A stretch of 64,000 nucleotides of DNA, taken from assembly GCA_950097015.1 (NCBI GenBank), contig CATNEN010000007.1, positions 1,612,001 to 1,676,000 on the forward strand, read 5' to 3'. Below, piece by piece: positions 19,934-31,904 of this stretch (positions within the stretch are counted from its first letter, which is position 1; each line of letters begins with the position of its first letter). The notes below the pieces were generated by a model. The model did no database searches and was not told where the DNA came from. It saw only the letters and a list, made by a program, of their open reading frames with translations. The position numbers were made by a program, and so were the translations under genes. The DNA is from Macrostomum hystrix. Its lineage: Eukaryota > Animalia > Platyhelminthes.

Positions 19934-20240
19934 GCTACAATGCTCAAATTTGAAGAATTGTTAATAGTGTTCCAGAAATATTCGACATCACTGGGCGGCC
20001 TTCCTGTGAGTCTACATGCAGTCTAGAGGTATTTATAATATGACCATAATCCCCTATCCAAAATAGGAAAGTTCGCTTTCAAAATCTAGATTGCAACGAG
20101 TTATCCTACTACACTAGCTGTGAATTTTGTTGTTGTAGCAATAAAAACTGCAAGTTTATTGTTTATATATATGACAAAATTGTTATGGTTATGTACTTAT
20201 GTATTTTATACACTTTCGACTATTGGAAACTGCGCATTTA

Positions 20241-21029
20241 CGAGGGGTGTTGCAAAAGTTTCCGGACTACCATGCTCGTCATGGTGATAATTTTAGTCTG
20301 ATTCAGCAAAAGATTTAAACAGACGAACAGGCAACTGTATTTTATAATATTAAAAAGTTTCAGAAAGTTTGGAGTTGATGGTCCAAAGTAACAAGCGATT
20401 GTACACTAGATTATTATAGTCATGAAATACGATTTCCGAGTTACAGCTACCAATCACTGCCACTGTCGCTTCTATCGCCGGATGCGTCCACAGGTTGATT
20501 GCTGGCTCGCTCCACGTATTCGCCATTGACGGAGATGCATTTTCGGTAGCGCTCAATCAGCTTGTCGAAGCCAGACCCCCAGAAGCTGGCATCGAACTGA
20601 CGTAGAGCCTTGTTGGCTGCTTCGATGACCTCCTCGCGCGTTGTGAAGATCTCGCCCCGCATTGGCATCTTCATTGGGCCAAAGAGGTGGAAATCGGCGA
20701 AAATCGGTGGAAATCGGAAATCGGCAGTTTTGCCCTGTCGTTGGCATGTCATGATAAAGTGGCGCTGGCTTTCCTTAGACCCGAACACCGATGGATTCTT
20801 CAGTCGACTCATTTTCGCTCACTTTTGGTTTGTGAAAAATCGTGTCAACAGCTTCAAAGGGTTGCAACCTATTTTGGCCCTCATGTATGCTGTGGTTGAC
20901 TAAGCTGCATAACATTTTACGAAAAGTATTTTCTACGGCTGAATACCATAGACATCAATTTTCAGCCAAATCAGACACGAATTGTCACCAGGATTAGCAT
21001 TAGTCCGGAAACTTTTGCAACACCCCGCG
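20241..21029 (-). mobile_element. Internally deleted mariner element
   Basis: 29-bp TIRs with a 28/29 match (cgaggggtgttgcaaaagtttccggacta), TA on both sides, and a transposase remnant inside. Confidence 0.93.
20447..20812 (-). pseudogene. Mariner transposase remnant: N-terminus fused in frame to C-terminus (121 aa)
   Basis: KESQRHFIMTCQRQGKTA resembles the mariner N-terminus. DFHLFGPMK...RGEIF...EEV...GFDKLIERYRKCISVNGEYVE matches the mariner C-terminus. Most of the catalytic region is missing. Confidence 0.88.
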
Positions 21030-21732
21030 TACAAATGACTCTCATAGCCCCGGAGTTACACTGAACAGGGAAAGTACTAATAGAACCCTCCCAACGTGTA
21101 TGCAAATGAAGAATTTTTGTATGCAGTGCTGGAATTAATTTATGTCATTTTCCATTATTCTTGGCAATACGGTTAACATTCTTCATTTTTTATCACTTAG
21201 ATGCATTTGTTTTCTTATATTTTAAATAGTTCACTAAATTACGTGGAATAAATCATGTCGAATTCTAAGAAACTGAATTTTCGTGCGGAACATGAAATTT
21301 CAGCTTCTCAAAATGCAATAATTATAGTTCAAAAGCTAAGCATCATCTACGCTCGTAAATCTTAAAGAGTACTAAAGAAGTAGAAAAAGAAAACTAGCTT
21401 TTAAAGTCAGGTTTAGACTTTCTCGATTAAACAAAACCAATTAAAGTCCACATAATTTCTGTCCCTTAAGTTTCTTAGATAGAACACGGACACGTAAGTC
21501 AGGTACCTAAAGAGAAGCTTTATATTTTTAGTATATAGTGGACTATCTATTTTCGACCAAATTTTCCCATTTTCAAGGAACACAAAAAATCCTAAGATCT
21601 AAAACTAATCCCTTTATTTTGCACTATATCCCCACACAATGCTGATCGTGCCATATGTACACTATAGTAATCCCATCAATAATCCCATACCATCAAGTAA
21701 CTCAAAAAGCTAATTCGCTCCCCTCCGGTTGT

Positions 21733-24700
21733 CCTCAGCAGCAGAGAACCAATGTCCTCAGCAGCAGACAGAACCAATGTCCTCAGCAGCAGACAGAACC
21801 AATGTCCTCAGCAGCAGACAGAACCAATGTCCTCAGCAGCAGACAGAACCAATGTCCTCAGCAGCAGACAGAACCAATGTCCTCAGCAGCAGACAGAACC
21901 AATGTCCTCAGCAGCCGAGAACCAATGTCCTCAGCAGCCGAGAACCAATGTCCTCAGCAGAGAGAGAACCAATGTCCTCAGCAGCAGACAGAACCAATGT
22001 CCTCAGCAGAGAGAACCAATGTCCTCAGCAGCAGAGAACCAATGTCCTCAGCAGCAGACAGAACCAATGTCCTCAGCAGCCGAGAACCAATGTCCTCAGA
22101 AGCAGACAGAACCAATGTCCTCAGCAGCCGAGAACCAATGTCCTCAGCAGAGAGAGAACCAATGTCCTCAGCAGCAGACAGAACCAATGTCCTCAGCAGC
22201 AGACAGAACCAATGTCCTCAGCAGCAGACAGAACCAATGTCCTCAGCAGCAGACAGAACCAATGTCCTCAGCAGCAGAGAACCAATGTCCTCAGCAGCAG
22301 ACAGAACCAATGTCCTCAGCAGCAGAGAACCGATGTCCTCAGCAGCAGTGAACCGATGTCCTCAGCAGCAGTGAACCAATGTCCTCAGCAGCAGACAGAA
22401 CCAATGTCCTCAGCAGCCGAGAACCAATGTCCTCAGCAGCAGACAGAACCAATGTCCTCAGCAGCAGACAGAACCAATGTCCTCAGCAGCAGTGAACCAA
22501 TGTCCTCAGCAGCAGTGAACCAATGTCCTCAGCAGCAGTGAACCAATGTCCTCAGCAGCAGACAGAACCAATGTCCTCAGCAGCAGACAGAACCAATGTC
22601 CTCAGCAGCAGAGAACCCATGTCCTCAGCAGCAGACAGAACCAATGTCCTCAGCAGCAGACAGAACCAATGTCCTCAGCAGCAGACAGAACCAATGTCCT
22701 CAGCAGCAGACAGAACCAATGTCCTCAGCAGCCGAGAACCAATGTCCTCAGCAGCAGACAGAACCAATGTCCTCAGCAGCCGAGAACCAATGTCCTCAGC
22801 AGAGAGAGAACCAATGTCCTCAGCAGCAGACAGAACCAATGTCCTCAGCAGAGAGAACCAATGTCCTCAGCAGCAGAGAACCAATGTCCTCAGCAGCAGA
22901 CAGAACCAATGTCCTCAGCAGCCGAGAACCAATGTCCTCAGAAGCAGACAGAACCAATGTCCTCAGCAGCCGAGAACCAATGTCCTCAGCAGAGAGAGAA
23001 CCAATGTCCTCAGCAGCAGACAGAACCAATGTCCTCAGCAGCAGTGAACCAATGTCCTCAGCAGCAGACAGAACCAATGTCCTCAGCAGCAGACAGAACC
23101 AATGTCCTCAGCAGCAGAGAGAACCAATGTCCTCAGCAGCCGAGAACCAATGTCCTCAGCAGCAGACAGAACCAATGTCCTCAGCAGCCGAGAACCAATG
23201 TCCTCAGCAGCAGACAGAACCAATGTCCTCAGCAGCCGAGAACCAATGTCCTCAGCAGAGAAAGAACCAATGTCCTCAGCAGCAGACAGAACCAATGTCC
23301 TCAGCAGCAGACAGAACCAATGTCCTCAGCAGCCGAGAACCAATGTCCTCAGCAGCAGACAGAACCAATGTCCTCAGCAGCCGAGAACCAATGTCCTCAG
23401 CAGAGAGAGAACCAATGTCCTCAGCAGCAAACAGAACCAATGTCCTCAGCAGCAGTGAACCAATGTCCTCAGCAGCAGACAGAACCAATGTCCTCAGCAG
23501 CAGACAGAACCAATGTCCTCAGCAGCCGAGAACCAATGTCCTCAGCAGAGAGAGAACCAATGTCCTCAGCAGCAAACAGAACCAATGTCCTCAGCAGCAG
23601 TGAACCAATGTCCTCAGCAGCAGACAGAACCAATGTCCTCAGCAGCAGACAGAACCAATGTCCTCAGCAGCCGAGAACCAATGTCCTCAGCAGCAGACAG
23701 AACCAATGTCCTCAGCAGCCGAGAACCAATGTCCTCAGCAGAGAGAGAACCAATGTCCTCAGCAGCAGACAGAACCAATGTCCTCAGCAGAGAGAACCAA
23801 TGTCCTCAGCAGCAGTGAACCAATGTCCTCAGCAGCAGACAGAACCAATGTCCTCAGCAGCAGACAGAACCAATGTCCTCAGCAGACAGAACCAATGTCC
23901 TCAGCAGCAGACAGAACCAATGTCCTCAGCAGCAGACAGAACCAATGTCCTCAGCAGCAGTGAACCAATGTCCTCAGCAGCAGACAGAACCAATGTCCTC
24001 AGCAGCAGACAGAACCAATGTCCTCAGCAGCCGAGAACCAATGTCCTCAGCAGCCGAGAACCAATGTCCTCAGCAGCAGACAGAACCAATGTCCTCAGCA
24101 GCCGAGAACCAATGTCCTCAGCAGAGAGAACCAATGTCCTCAGCAGCAGAGAACCAATGTCCTCAGCAGCAGACAGAACCAATGTCCTCAACAGCAGAGA
24201 ACCAATGTCCTCAGCAGCAGAGAACCAATGTCCTCAGCAGCAGAGAGAACCAATGTCCTCAGCAGCAGAGAGAACCAATGTCCTCAGCAGCAGAGAACTA
24301 ATGACCTCAGCAGCAGAGAACCAATGTCCTCAGCAGCAGACAGAACCAATGTTCCTCAGCAACAGAGAACCAATGTCCTCAGCAGCAGAGAACCAATGTC
24401 CTCAACAGCAGAGAACCAATGTCCTTAGCAGCAGACAGAACCAATGTCCTCAGCAGCAGACAGAACCAATGTCCTCAGCAGCAGACAGAACCAATGTCCT
24501 CAGCAGCAGACAGAACCAATGTCCTCAGCAGCAGACAGAACCAATGTCCTCAGCAGCAGACAGAACCAATGTCCTCAGCAGCAGAGAGAACCAATGTCCT
24601 CAGCAGCAGACAGAACCAATGTCCTCAGCAGAGAGAACCAATGTCCTCAGCAGCAGAGAACCAATGTCCTCAGCAGCAGACAGAACCAATGTCCTCAGCA

Positions 24701-27255
24701 GCCGAGAACCAATGTCCTCAGCAGCAGACAGAACCAATGTCCTCAGCAGCCGAGAACCAATGTCCTCAGCAGAGAGAGAACCAATGTCCTCAGCAGCAGA
24801 CAGAACCAATGTCCTCAGCAGCAGTGAACCAATGTCCTCAGCAGCAGACAGAACCAATGTCCTCAGCAGCAGACAGAACCAATGTCCTCAGCAGCAGACA
24901 GAACCAATGTCCTCAGCAGCCGAGAACCAATGTCCTCAGCAGCAGACAGAACCAATGTCCTCAGCAGCCGAGAACCAATGTCCTCAGCAGCAGACAGAAC
25001 CAATGTCCTCAGCAGCCGAGAACCAATGTCCTCAGCAGAGAGAGAACCAATGTCCTCAGCAGCAGACAGAACCAATGTCCTCAGCAGCAGACAGAACCAA
25101 TGTCCTCAGCAGCAGACAGAACCAATGTCCTCAGCAGCAGACAGAACCAATGTCCTCAGCAGCAGACAGAACCAATGTCCTCAGCAGCAGACAGAACCAA
25201 TGTCCTCAGCAGCAGTGAACCAATGTCCTCAGCAGCAGACAGAACCAATGTCCTCAGCAGCCGAGAACCAATGTCCTCAGCAGCAGACAGAACCAATGTC
25301 CTCAGCAGCCGAGAACCAATGTCCTCAGCAGAGAGAGAACCAATGTCCTCAGCAGCAGACAGAACCAATGTCCTCAGCAGAGAGAACCAATGTCCTCAGC
25401 AGCAGAGAACCAATGTCCTCAGCAGCAGACAGAACCAATGTCCTCAGCAGCCGAGAACCAATGTCCTCAGCAGCAGACAGAACCAATGTCCTCAGCAGCC
25501 GAGAACCAATGTCCTCAGCAGAGAGAGAACCAATGTCCTCAGCAGCAGACAGAACCAATGTCCTCAGCAGCAGTGAACCAATGTCCTCAGCAGCAGACAG
25601 AACCAATGTCCTCAGCAGCAGACAGAACCAATGTCCTCAGCAGCCGAGAACCAATGTCCTCAGCAGCAGACAGAACCAATGTCCTCAGCAGCAGACAGAA
25701 CCAATGTCCTCAGCAGCCGAGAACCAATGTCCTCAGCAGCAGACAGAACCAATGTCCTGAGCAGCCGAGAACCAATGTCCTCAGCAGAGAGAGAACCAAT
25801 GTCCTCAGCAGCAGACAGAACCAATGTCCTCAGCAGCAGTGAACCAATGTCCTCAGCAGCAGACAGAACCAATGTCCTCAGCAGCAGACAGAACCAATGT
25901 CCTCAGCAGCAGAGAGAACCAATGTCCTCAGCAGAGAGAGAACCAATGTCCTCAGCAGCAGACAGAACCAATGTCCTCAGCAGCCGAGAACCAATGTCCT
26001 CAGCAGCAGACAGAACCAATGTCCTCAGCAGCCGAGAACCAATGTCCTCAGCAGAGAGAGAACCAATGTCCTCAGCAGCAGACAGAACCAATGTCCTCAG
26101 CAGCAGTGAACCAATGTCCTCAGCAGCAGACAGAACCAATGTCCTCAGCAGCAGACAGAACCAATGTCCTCAGCAGCCGAGAACCAATGTCCTCAGCAGA
26201 GAGAGAACCAATGTCCTCAGCAGCAGACAGAACCAATGTCCTCAGCAGAGAGAACCAATGTCCTCAGCAGAGAGAGAACCAATGTCCTCAGCAGCAGACA
26301 GAACCAATGTCCTCAGCAGCCGAGAACCAATGTCCTCAGCAGCCGAGAACCAATGTCCTCAGCAGCAGACAGAACCAATGTCCTCAGCAGCCGAGAACCA
26401 ATGTCCTCAGCAGAGAGAACCAATGTCCTCAGCAGCAGAGAACCAATGTCCTCAGCAGCAGACAGAACCAATGTCCTCAACAGCAGAGAACCAATGTCCT
26501 CAGCAGCAGAGAACCAATGTCCTCAGCAGCAGAGAGAACCAATGTCCTCAGCAGCAGAGAGAACCAATGTCCTCAGCAGCAGAGAACTAATGACCTCAGC
26601 AGCAGAGAACCAATGTCCTCAGCAGCAGACAGAACCAATGTTCCTCAGCAACAGAGAACCAATGTCCTCAGCAGCAGAGAACCAATGTCCTCAACAGCAG
26701 AGAACCAATGTCCTCAGCAGCAGAGAACCAATGTCCTCAGCAGCAGAGAGAACCAATGTCCTTAGCAGCAGAGAGAACCAATGTCCTCAGCAGCAGAGAA
26801 CCAATGTCCTCAGCAGCAGAGAGAACCAATGTCCTCAGCAGCAGAGAACCAATGTCCTCAGCAGCAGACAGAACCAATGTCCTCAGCAGCAGAGAGAACC
26901 AATGTCCTCAGCAGAGAAAGAACCAATGTCCTCAGCAGCAGACAGAACCAATGTCCTCAGCAGCAGACAGAACCAATGTCCTCAGCAGCAGACAGAACCA
27001 ATGTCCTCAGCAGCAGACAGAACCAATGTCCTCAGCAGCAGACAGAACCAATGTCCTCAGCAGCAGACAGAACCAATGTCCTCAGCAGCAGAGAGAACCA
27101 ATGTCCTCAGCAGAGAGAGAACCAATGTCCTCAGCAGCAGACAGAACCAATGTCCTCAGCAGCAGACAGAACCAATGTCCTCAGCAGCAGACAGAACCAA
27201 TGTCCTCAGCAGACAGAACCAATGTCCTCAGCAGCAGAGAGAACCAATGTCCTCA
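21733..27255. repeat. 5.5-kb satellite: core gaaccaatgtcctcagcag plus short variable tails (22-25 bp units)
   Basis: About 230 tandem units; explains all ORFs from 21655 to 27345. Confidence 0.97.
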
Positions 27256-27256
27256 C

Positions 27257-27315
27257 CAGCAGTAAATGGAATCGCTGCTTTCTGGCCATATGTTAGGATT
27301 GCCGGTGCACTAGCA
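27257..27315 (-). CDS. Candidate 59-bp internal exon (ASAPAILTYGQKAAIPFTA)
   Basis: Minus-strand acceptor ttgcactttttcag and donor ctg|gtgagg at the satellite edge; only one frame is open. No convincing partner exons. Confidence 0.35.
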
Positions 27316-28084
27316 CTGAAAAAGTGCAATGCATGCACGGTTTAAATTCAAATTCCCAGACTACACTCGTATTACACAGACATTCTTCAGATTCCTGTGG
27401 CACTCGTGGTGTCGCACTTCACCAGCGTTTTTTGCAGTCCCGTTAAAATAGTTCAATAACTCATTTTCATACAACAAAAACAAAGACCTGCAGTTTGTAA
27501 TTCGCTTGCCTTGCGTGTGGAGTGGGGTCTGACACGAAATTTGCTGTTTGAATAAGTCAGCTATGAACATAAACAGGGGCACAACCACAACCAAAACTTC
27601 CACAATCATATAGATGAAAGCTGGTTTGCTGCTACCTTTCAATACCTGCATGCTATTATTGCTGGGTTTCGTGCTTCAAAAAGGTAAGATCTCTGGCCAC
27701 AGATATATAGGCTAGTGGGGCAGCTATAAGATGCCAAAACGATCCGATAGAATCAGCCGAGTCTTCCTGTCACACAGTTACACGATTTTCAGCATAGCTC
27801 GCGGCAAGTTGGATTCAGATACATAAAATTCTTTAACGCTTCATGTATATCTGAAACTTTATTTTTTTCAATAATCTTCTGGTATTCGAAATTTACAAGC
27901 TATTTAGTGTGGTTCCCCTGGCTGCAACTGACAGAAAAATTTGACAGAATAGTCGTGAAGACAAAACACGGCACCCGTATCCACTTTAGTTTATGCTTTG
28001 CCTTGCAGAGACAGGCGCTGTCCATCAAAAAGTATTGCATTGCTAAACTTTGAAATTTAAATGTTGGAAAAGATCAATAACAAT

Positions 28085-28334
28085 GATAATAGTAATTACA
28101 GGAGGGCTGCGGGTGACAGCAGGTGTGTACACCTGCCCTGACTTTCTCATCGTCAGGCAGTGTACACTTCACTGTGCCTTGGAGGTTGGCCCCCTGAAGG
28201 GTGTAAATTGCATGACAAGCTCAAAAGCCTTCTCTCCGCGGCTGCGCCCCAAATGAATGTGGCCTCGTCGCGGAATCGAGCTCAGGGACCTTGGTGCGAG
28301 AGGCAAACGCGTTAACCGCTCTGCCACCGACCCC
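28085..28334 (-). mobile_element. SINE family A copy with an internal deletion
   Basis: Reverse complement begins ggggtcggtggcagagcggttaacgcg (A box), then gagctcgattcc (B-box-like). About 110 bp of the middle is missing relative to the 34-kb copy. Confidence 0.88.
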
Positions 28335-29295
28335 ACTGACATTTTTAGCAAATGAAGGACAGTTAAGAAACTGCTCGAACTGCTGGCTAGTTTCACTCCA
28401 AACGAAGTTCTGTTAGCTAAAATACTCGATGGTGTACTATATTCGTGAGTTTTAATTCAAGCGCGAACGTTCTAAGATGAATATTTTTTGTTGATGGCGC
28501 AGTTACAAAAACATATTCTAATTTGGACGAAAAATGCGGTGGTAAATACGCTTTCGGAAAAGAACATAATTATGAATGGCTACTAACAATTTTCGAACCA
28601 TCTTAAAAGAAAAAAGGTTACGTTCGTTTTTTAAGATACTCCTTTTGTCTGCTAAAATTTACAAAACAGACAAAGAAAAATGTTCCTACTGTTACAGTCA
28701 AGCAATGAGTTTTCCACTACGAGGAGGCAAAAAATGTACTTTATGCAAAGGTGATTAAAATGAGGGATCTGAGAAAAAGTTAAAGGTTGCGTCACAATGG
28801 CAGTTTAAATAGGTTAAATAACTAAAAATTATCATATAATCAAGGGCTAGCTCATATTATATATAAGGGTGTATATAGTGACTTTGGTTTTTTAATATAT
28901 TTTAGATAATGACTTCTGCACAATACTAACTTTACTAAACAAATAACTAAATTAAAAAATCTACCTGAGCTTTTTATCTGAATTGTCCAGTAAGTGACAA
29001 ATACTAGAATAATACAGCAGAAATTCAACAGTTAAGGGGATGCTAATGTATGCGCAATTAATTCGCATTTGTACAGTATAAATAATCGTAGCTACTGTAA
29101 ACCTCGTAATGAAGGTCACATTATAAACAAATCGGGTTTCGCCTGCTTTACTAACAAACTGTTCGCAACGAATCTTTGAAGGTGCCGACGCAAGAAAAGT
29201 CTCGTTGTTGAAGATAAACTGGAAAAAACGTATGAGTACAATATAAAAGAATTGTTACCATGGCAACGAGCCAACGCCCCAGCCGATCCCTCCAT

Positions 29296-30228
29296 TCAGA
29301 CCAGCCAAGCGCAATCCTCTTTGAGCGCATTTCTCGCCAACGGCTTCTTCGTGCGCACGGAGCGACAGTTGGCCAGAAGGTGCTGGTACGGCTTGCCGAA
29401 CATCTCCCTGGCTCCGAGGCCGGAGTAGCGGGCCTGGCGCAGGCTTCGCTGCAGAGCCAGCTCCTCGCGGCGCGACCTCAGGACGGCCTTGAACCGTTTG
29501 GCCTGGGTCAGCAGGCGATGGGTGAGCCAAATTAGCAGCAGGATGCTCAACAGTCCAACGGCTGCGGCTAGCGAGTACAGTCCAACTAGTAGCCATGGAA
29601 ACGGCTGCGACGAACCCGCCGATGGCGCTGACGTGGTGCCGGAAGGTCCAACGTAGGTCAGACAGCAGTCGTCAGTTACCGTCAGGCTGTAGCGCTGTAT
29701 CAGCAGCTGCTGCAGCGGCTCAGGCAGCGCAGAGGCCGTTGGTCGCCCATTTGAGCTGGCGTCACCGAGCTTCGTCACGTGGCAGAGCTGAGTCATGCGG
29801 CTATAAACTCTAGCATTGATTAGTTCCCCCTTCGAGTAGGTCCACAGCTCCATGTAGAGGATAAACTCGCTCTGGATTGGCACTTGACTTTTGTCTATCG
29901 TTGCCATGGTGACATTCTCGTAAACCGACTCGGTGTGATTCAAAGCAAGAAATTTAAACGTTTCCCCGTTGATGCCGAATACAATTTTTACCTTGCCAAG
30001 CTTCTCTCTGAACGGGGGAGTTCGAAAGAGCAAAACCAGCTGCTCGGTAGACGGTGAGTACTGCGCCATCACGTTGGTGCTCCAGGTGCGCAGAGTGGCT
30101 TCCATGTCGCTCGAGAAAATCACGGTAGAAAACTCAGTCAGATAATAGGGAAACAGTTCGCACTGCGCTGACCAGACTGATCGCGCCAGCATCAGCGGCA
30201 ACAGCAGAGACAATATTTTGAAAGCCAT
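29296..30228 (-). CDS. Intronless type I membrane protein (310 aa), family not recognised
   Basis: Signal peptide MAFKILSLLLPLMLARSVWSA, an ectodomain with NHT/NVT sequons, TM WLLVGLYSLAAAVGLLSILLLIWL, a basic cytoplasmic tail, and non-repetitive sequence. Confidence 0.8.
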   Translation of the reverse strand: MAFKILSLLLPLMLARSVWSAQCELFPYYLTEFSTVIFSSDMEATLRTWSTNVMAQYSPSTEQLVLLFRTPPFREKLGKVKIVFGINGETFKFLALNHTESVYENVTMATIDKSQVPIQSEFILYMELWTYSKGELINARVYSRMTQLCHVTKLGDASSNGRPTASALPEPLQQLLIQRYSLTVTDDCCLTYVGPSGTTSAPSAGSSQPFPWLLVGLYSLAAAVGLLSILLLIWLTHRLLTQAKRFKAVLRSRREELALQRSLRQARYSGLGAREMFGKPYQHLLANCRSVRTKKPLARNALKEDCAWLV

Positions 30229-31904
30229 TTGGTTGCGCAAATGAATTGTTCGATGTGTTGATATTGGCAACAGATATTATAGTGCGAACCTTACGGTGAA
30301 TATTTCATCGCCCTTTCAGACAATATTTAGTTATTGTGAGTTCCAGCGGCAAAGAGCTCTTCCATTGCTGCTTAACAATTACTTAACGAGGCTTTATAGA
30401 AGTCCTTCGAGCAGTCTTCTAAGTGGCTGGCGGCCTATTATGAAACTAAAGGCCAAAGAGGTGGTGCTGGCTCGTGCGTTTTATCTGTGAAATTCAAAAG
30501 GCACAGGCGGGACCAGCCCAGCCTATAGCTGAGTGGTCTTAGCAAGCCGCCTCTCTTCACCAGGGTCGCGCATGACTGCCTGAAGACCCTCACTCCTTCA
30601 CGTCTCTCTCCTATCCCTCTGGTTCTCGGCCCCCCTTTCTTTTTGAGTTGAGTGAGCATTGTAACCCCTCTAAAAGTAGATTGCAAACGCTAGACATAAT
30701 ACAAACCAAATTCTGTATTGATAGTCGCTAGCCGTGACAGAATAGAGTCGTGAGAAGAGAAAACTGTTGAGGGTTAAGAGAAGAGCTGAGCGAAGCAGAA
30801 TAGTTACAGCTGTTTTCTTTCTAGTTTTCAAAATTTCAAACGAAAAGTGTTGTTTGAGACGCACTGCAGCTACTGATGCTGTCTCGTTGTGCTCAAACTA
30901 TACTATGCTAGTGTCTCTTAACGGTTATTCTTGCTGAAGCATTCGACAAACATTTTTCTCTTTGCTTTCTCAACAGTCTCTGCAGGCTGCCTGTAGCTCA
31001 GTGAATAGAGATATGACCGAGAGGTCGTGAGTTCCATTCTCAACACAAGGGAAATCTTAATAGCATTCAGTTCACTGCTGACCTCCGCCATTCCACGGAC
31101 TTGAACAGCTGTGCAAGCCCTAAAATAGCCCTGAAAGAGCCCCAGAAGCAGAAACTATTTTTTGTCACGAAAGCAAGCTCAAATATACACGTTAACCAAT
31201 CAGATGGGCTGTGTGCATTCACAGCTATAGTTTCTGAAGTGTTTATGACTTTTTTATTTGTTAATGCTTGCATTTGTAGAAAGCTTTATACAATGGGAGC
31301 ATTTATAGCGCTTGCTGTTAGCTTGGTGGCAACTGCTAACCCTTGACACGTGCACAATGCGAAGACTCATAAACCGAGCTGCTGCTGCTGCTGCTGCTGA
31401 TTTTTGCTTTTAGTTTGATTCTATAAGCCATTGTCTAATAGTCCACAAGCGGAAACATAAAATAGTGTATCATGTGTGCCTTCGGGGGTGAGTGGTACAG
31501 TATAATACAGTCGCGTTTTTTCGGGACAGGAAAGCAGCTACTGCAGCTGTGGCAATAAAACTTTTGGAAATGGATCACAACTAAAATAAAATGAGCAGCA
31601 ATCTTTGAGTACACTCCGAAGTAAGGGTTGAGGGCAGAGCTGACAGATAAACAATAATATATAGATAAAGTAGTGAGGGACACTGGCGCGACGTTATACC
31701 CATATTATATAAATACTGTACAGGAGTCAGGCATGCAATGGCTAAATACTCAGATAAACTCATGCGCTAGTTAGGTGGAAGGTGTTAGCGAAAGAGAGCA
31801 TGCGTAAAAGTACATTCTGCTAGCTTTTGAAGGCCAACTGCAGGGAGCTGTAATCTTAGGCGAAAATAATTGACACACTGGACTGAAGTAACCTCTTCAG
31901 GGAG

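Noticed and set aside
21733-27255. CRISPR-like pattern of constant repeat plus variable spacer
   Set aside because: The spacers are only 3-6 bp and come from a handful of recurring variants. There are no cas genes, and the context is eukaryotic.
21655-27345. Long ORFs up to 890 aa (MSSAADRTNVLSSRQNQCPQQQ...)
   Set aside because: They are translations of a stop-poor satellite. Unit lengths of 22-25 bp shift the frame constantly, and the same peptides appear in all three frames.
30515-30590. A-box-like tagctgagtggtc (possible tRNA or SINE head)
   Set aside because: No recognisable B box, and no second copy in the window.
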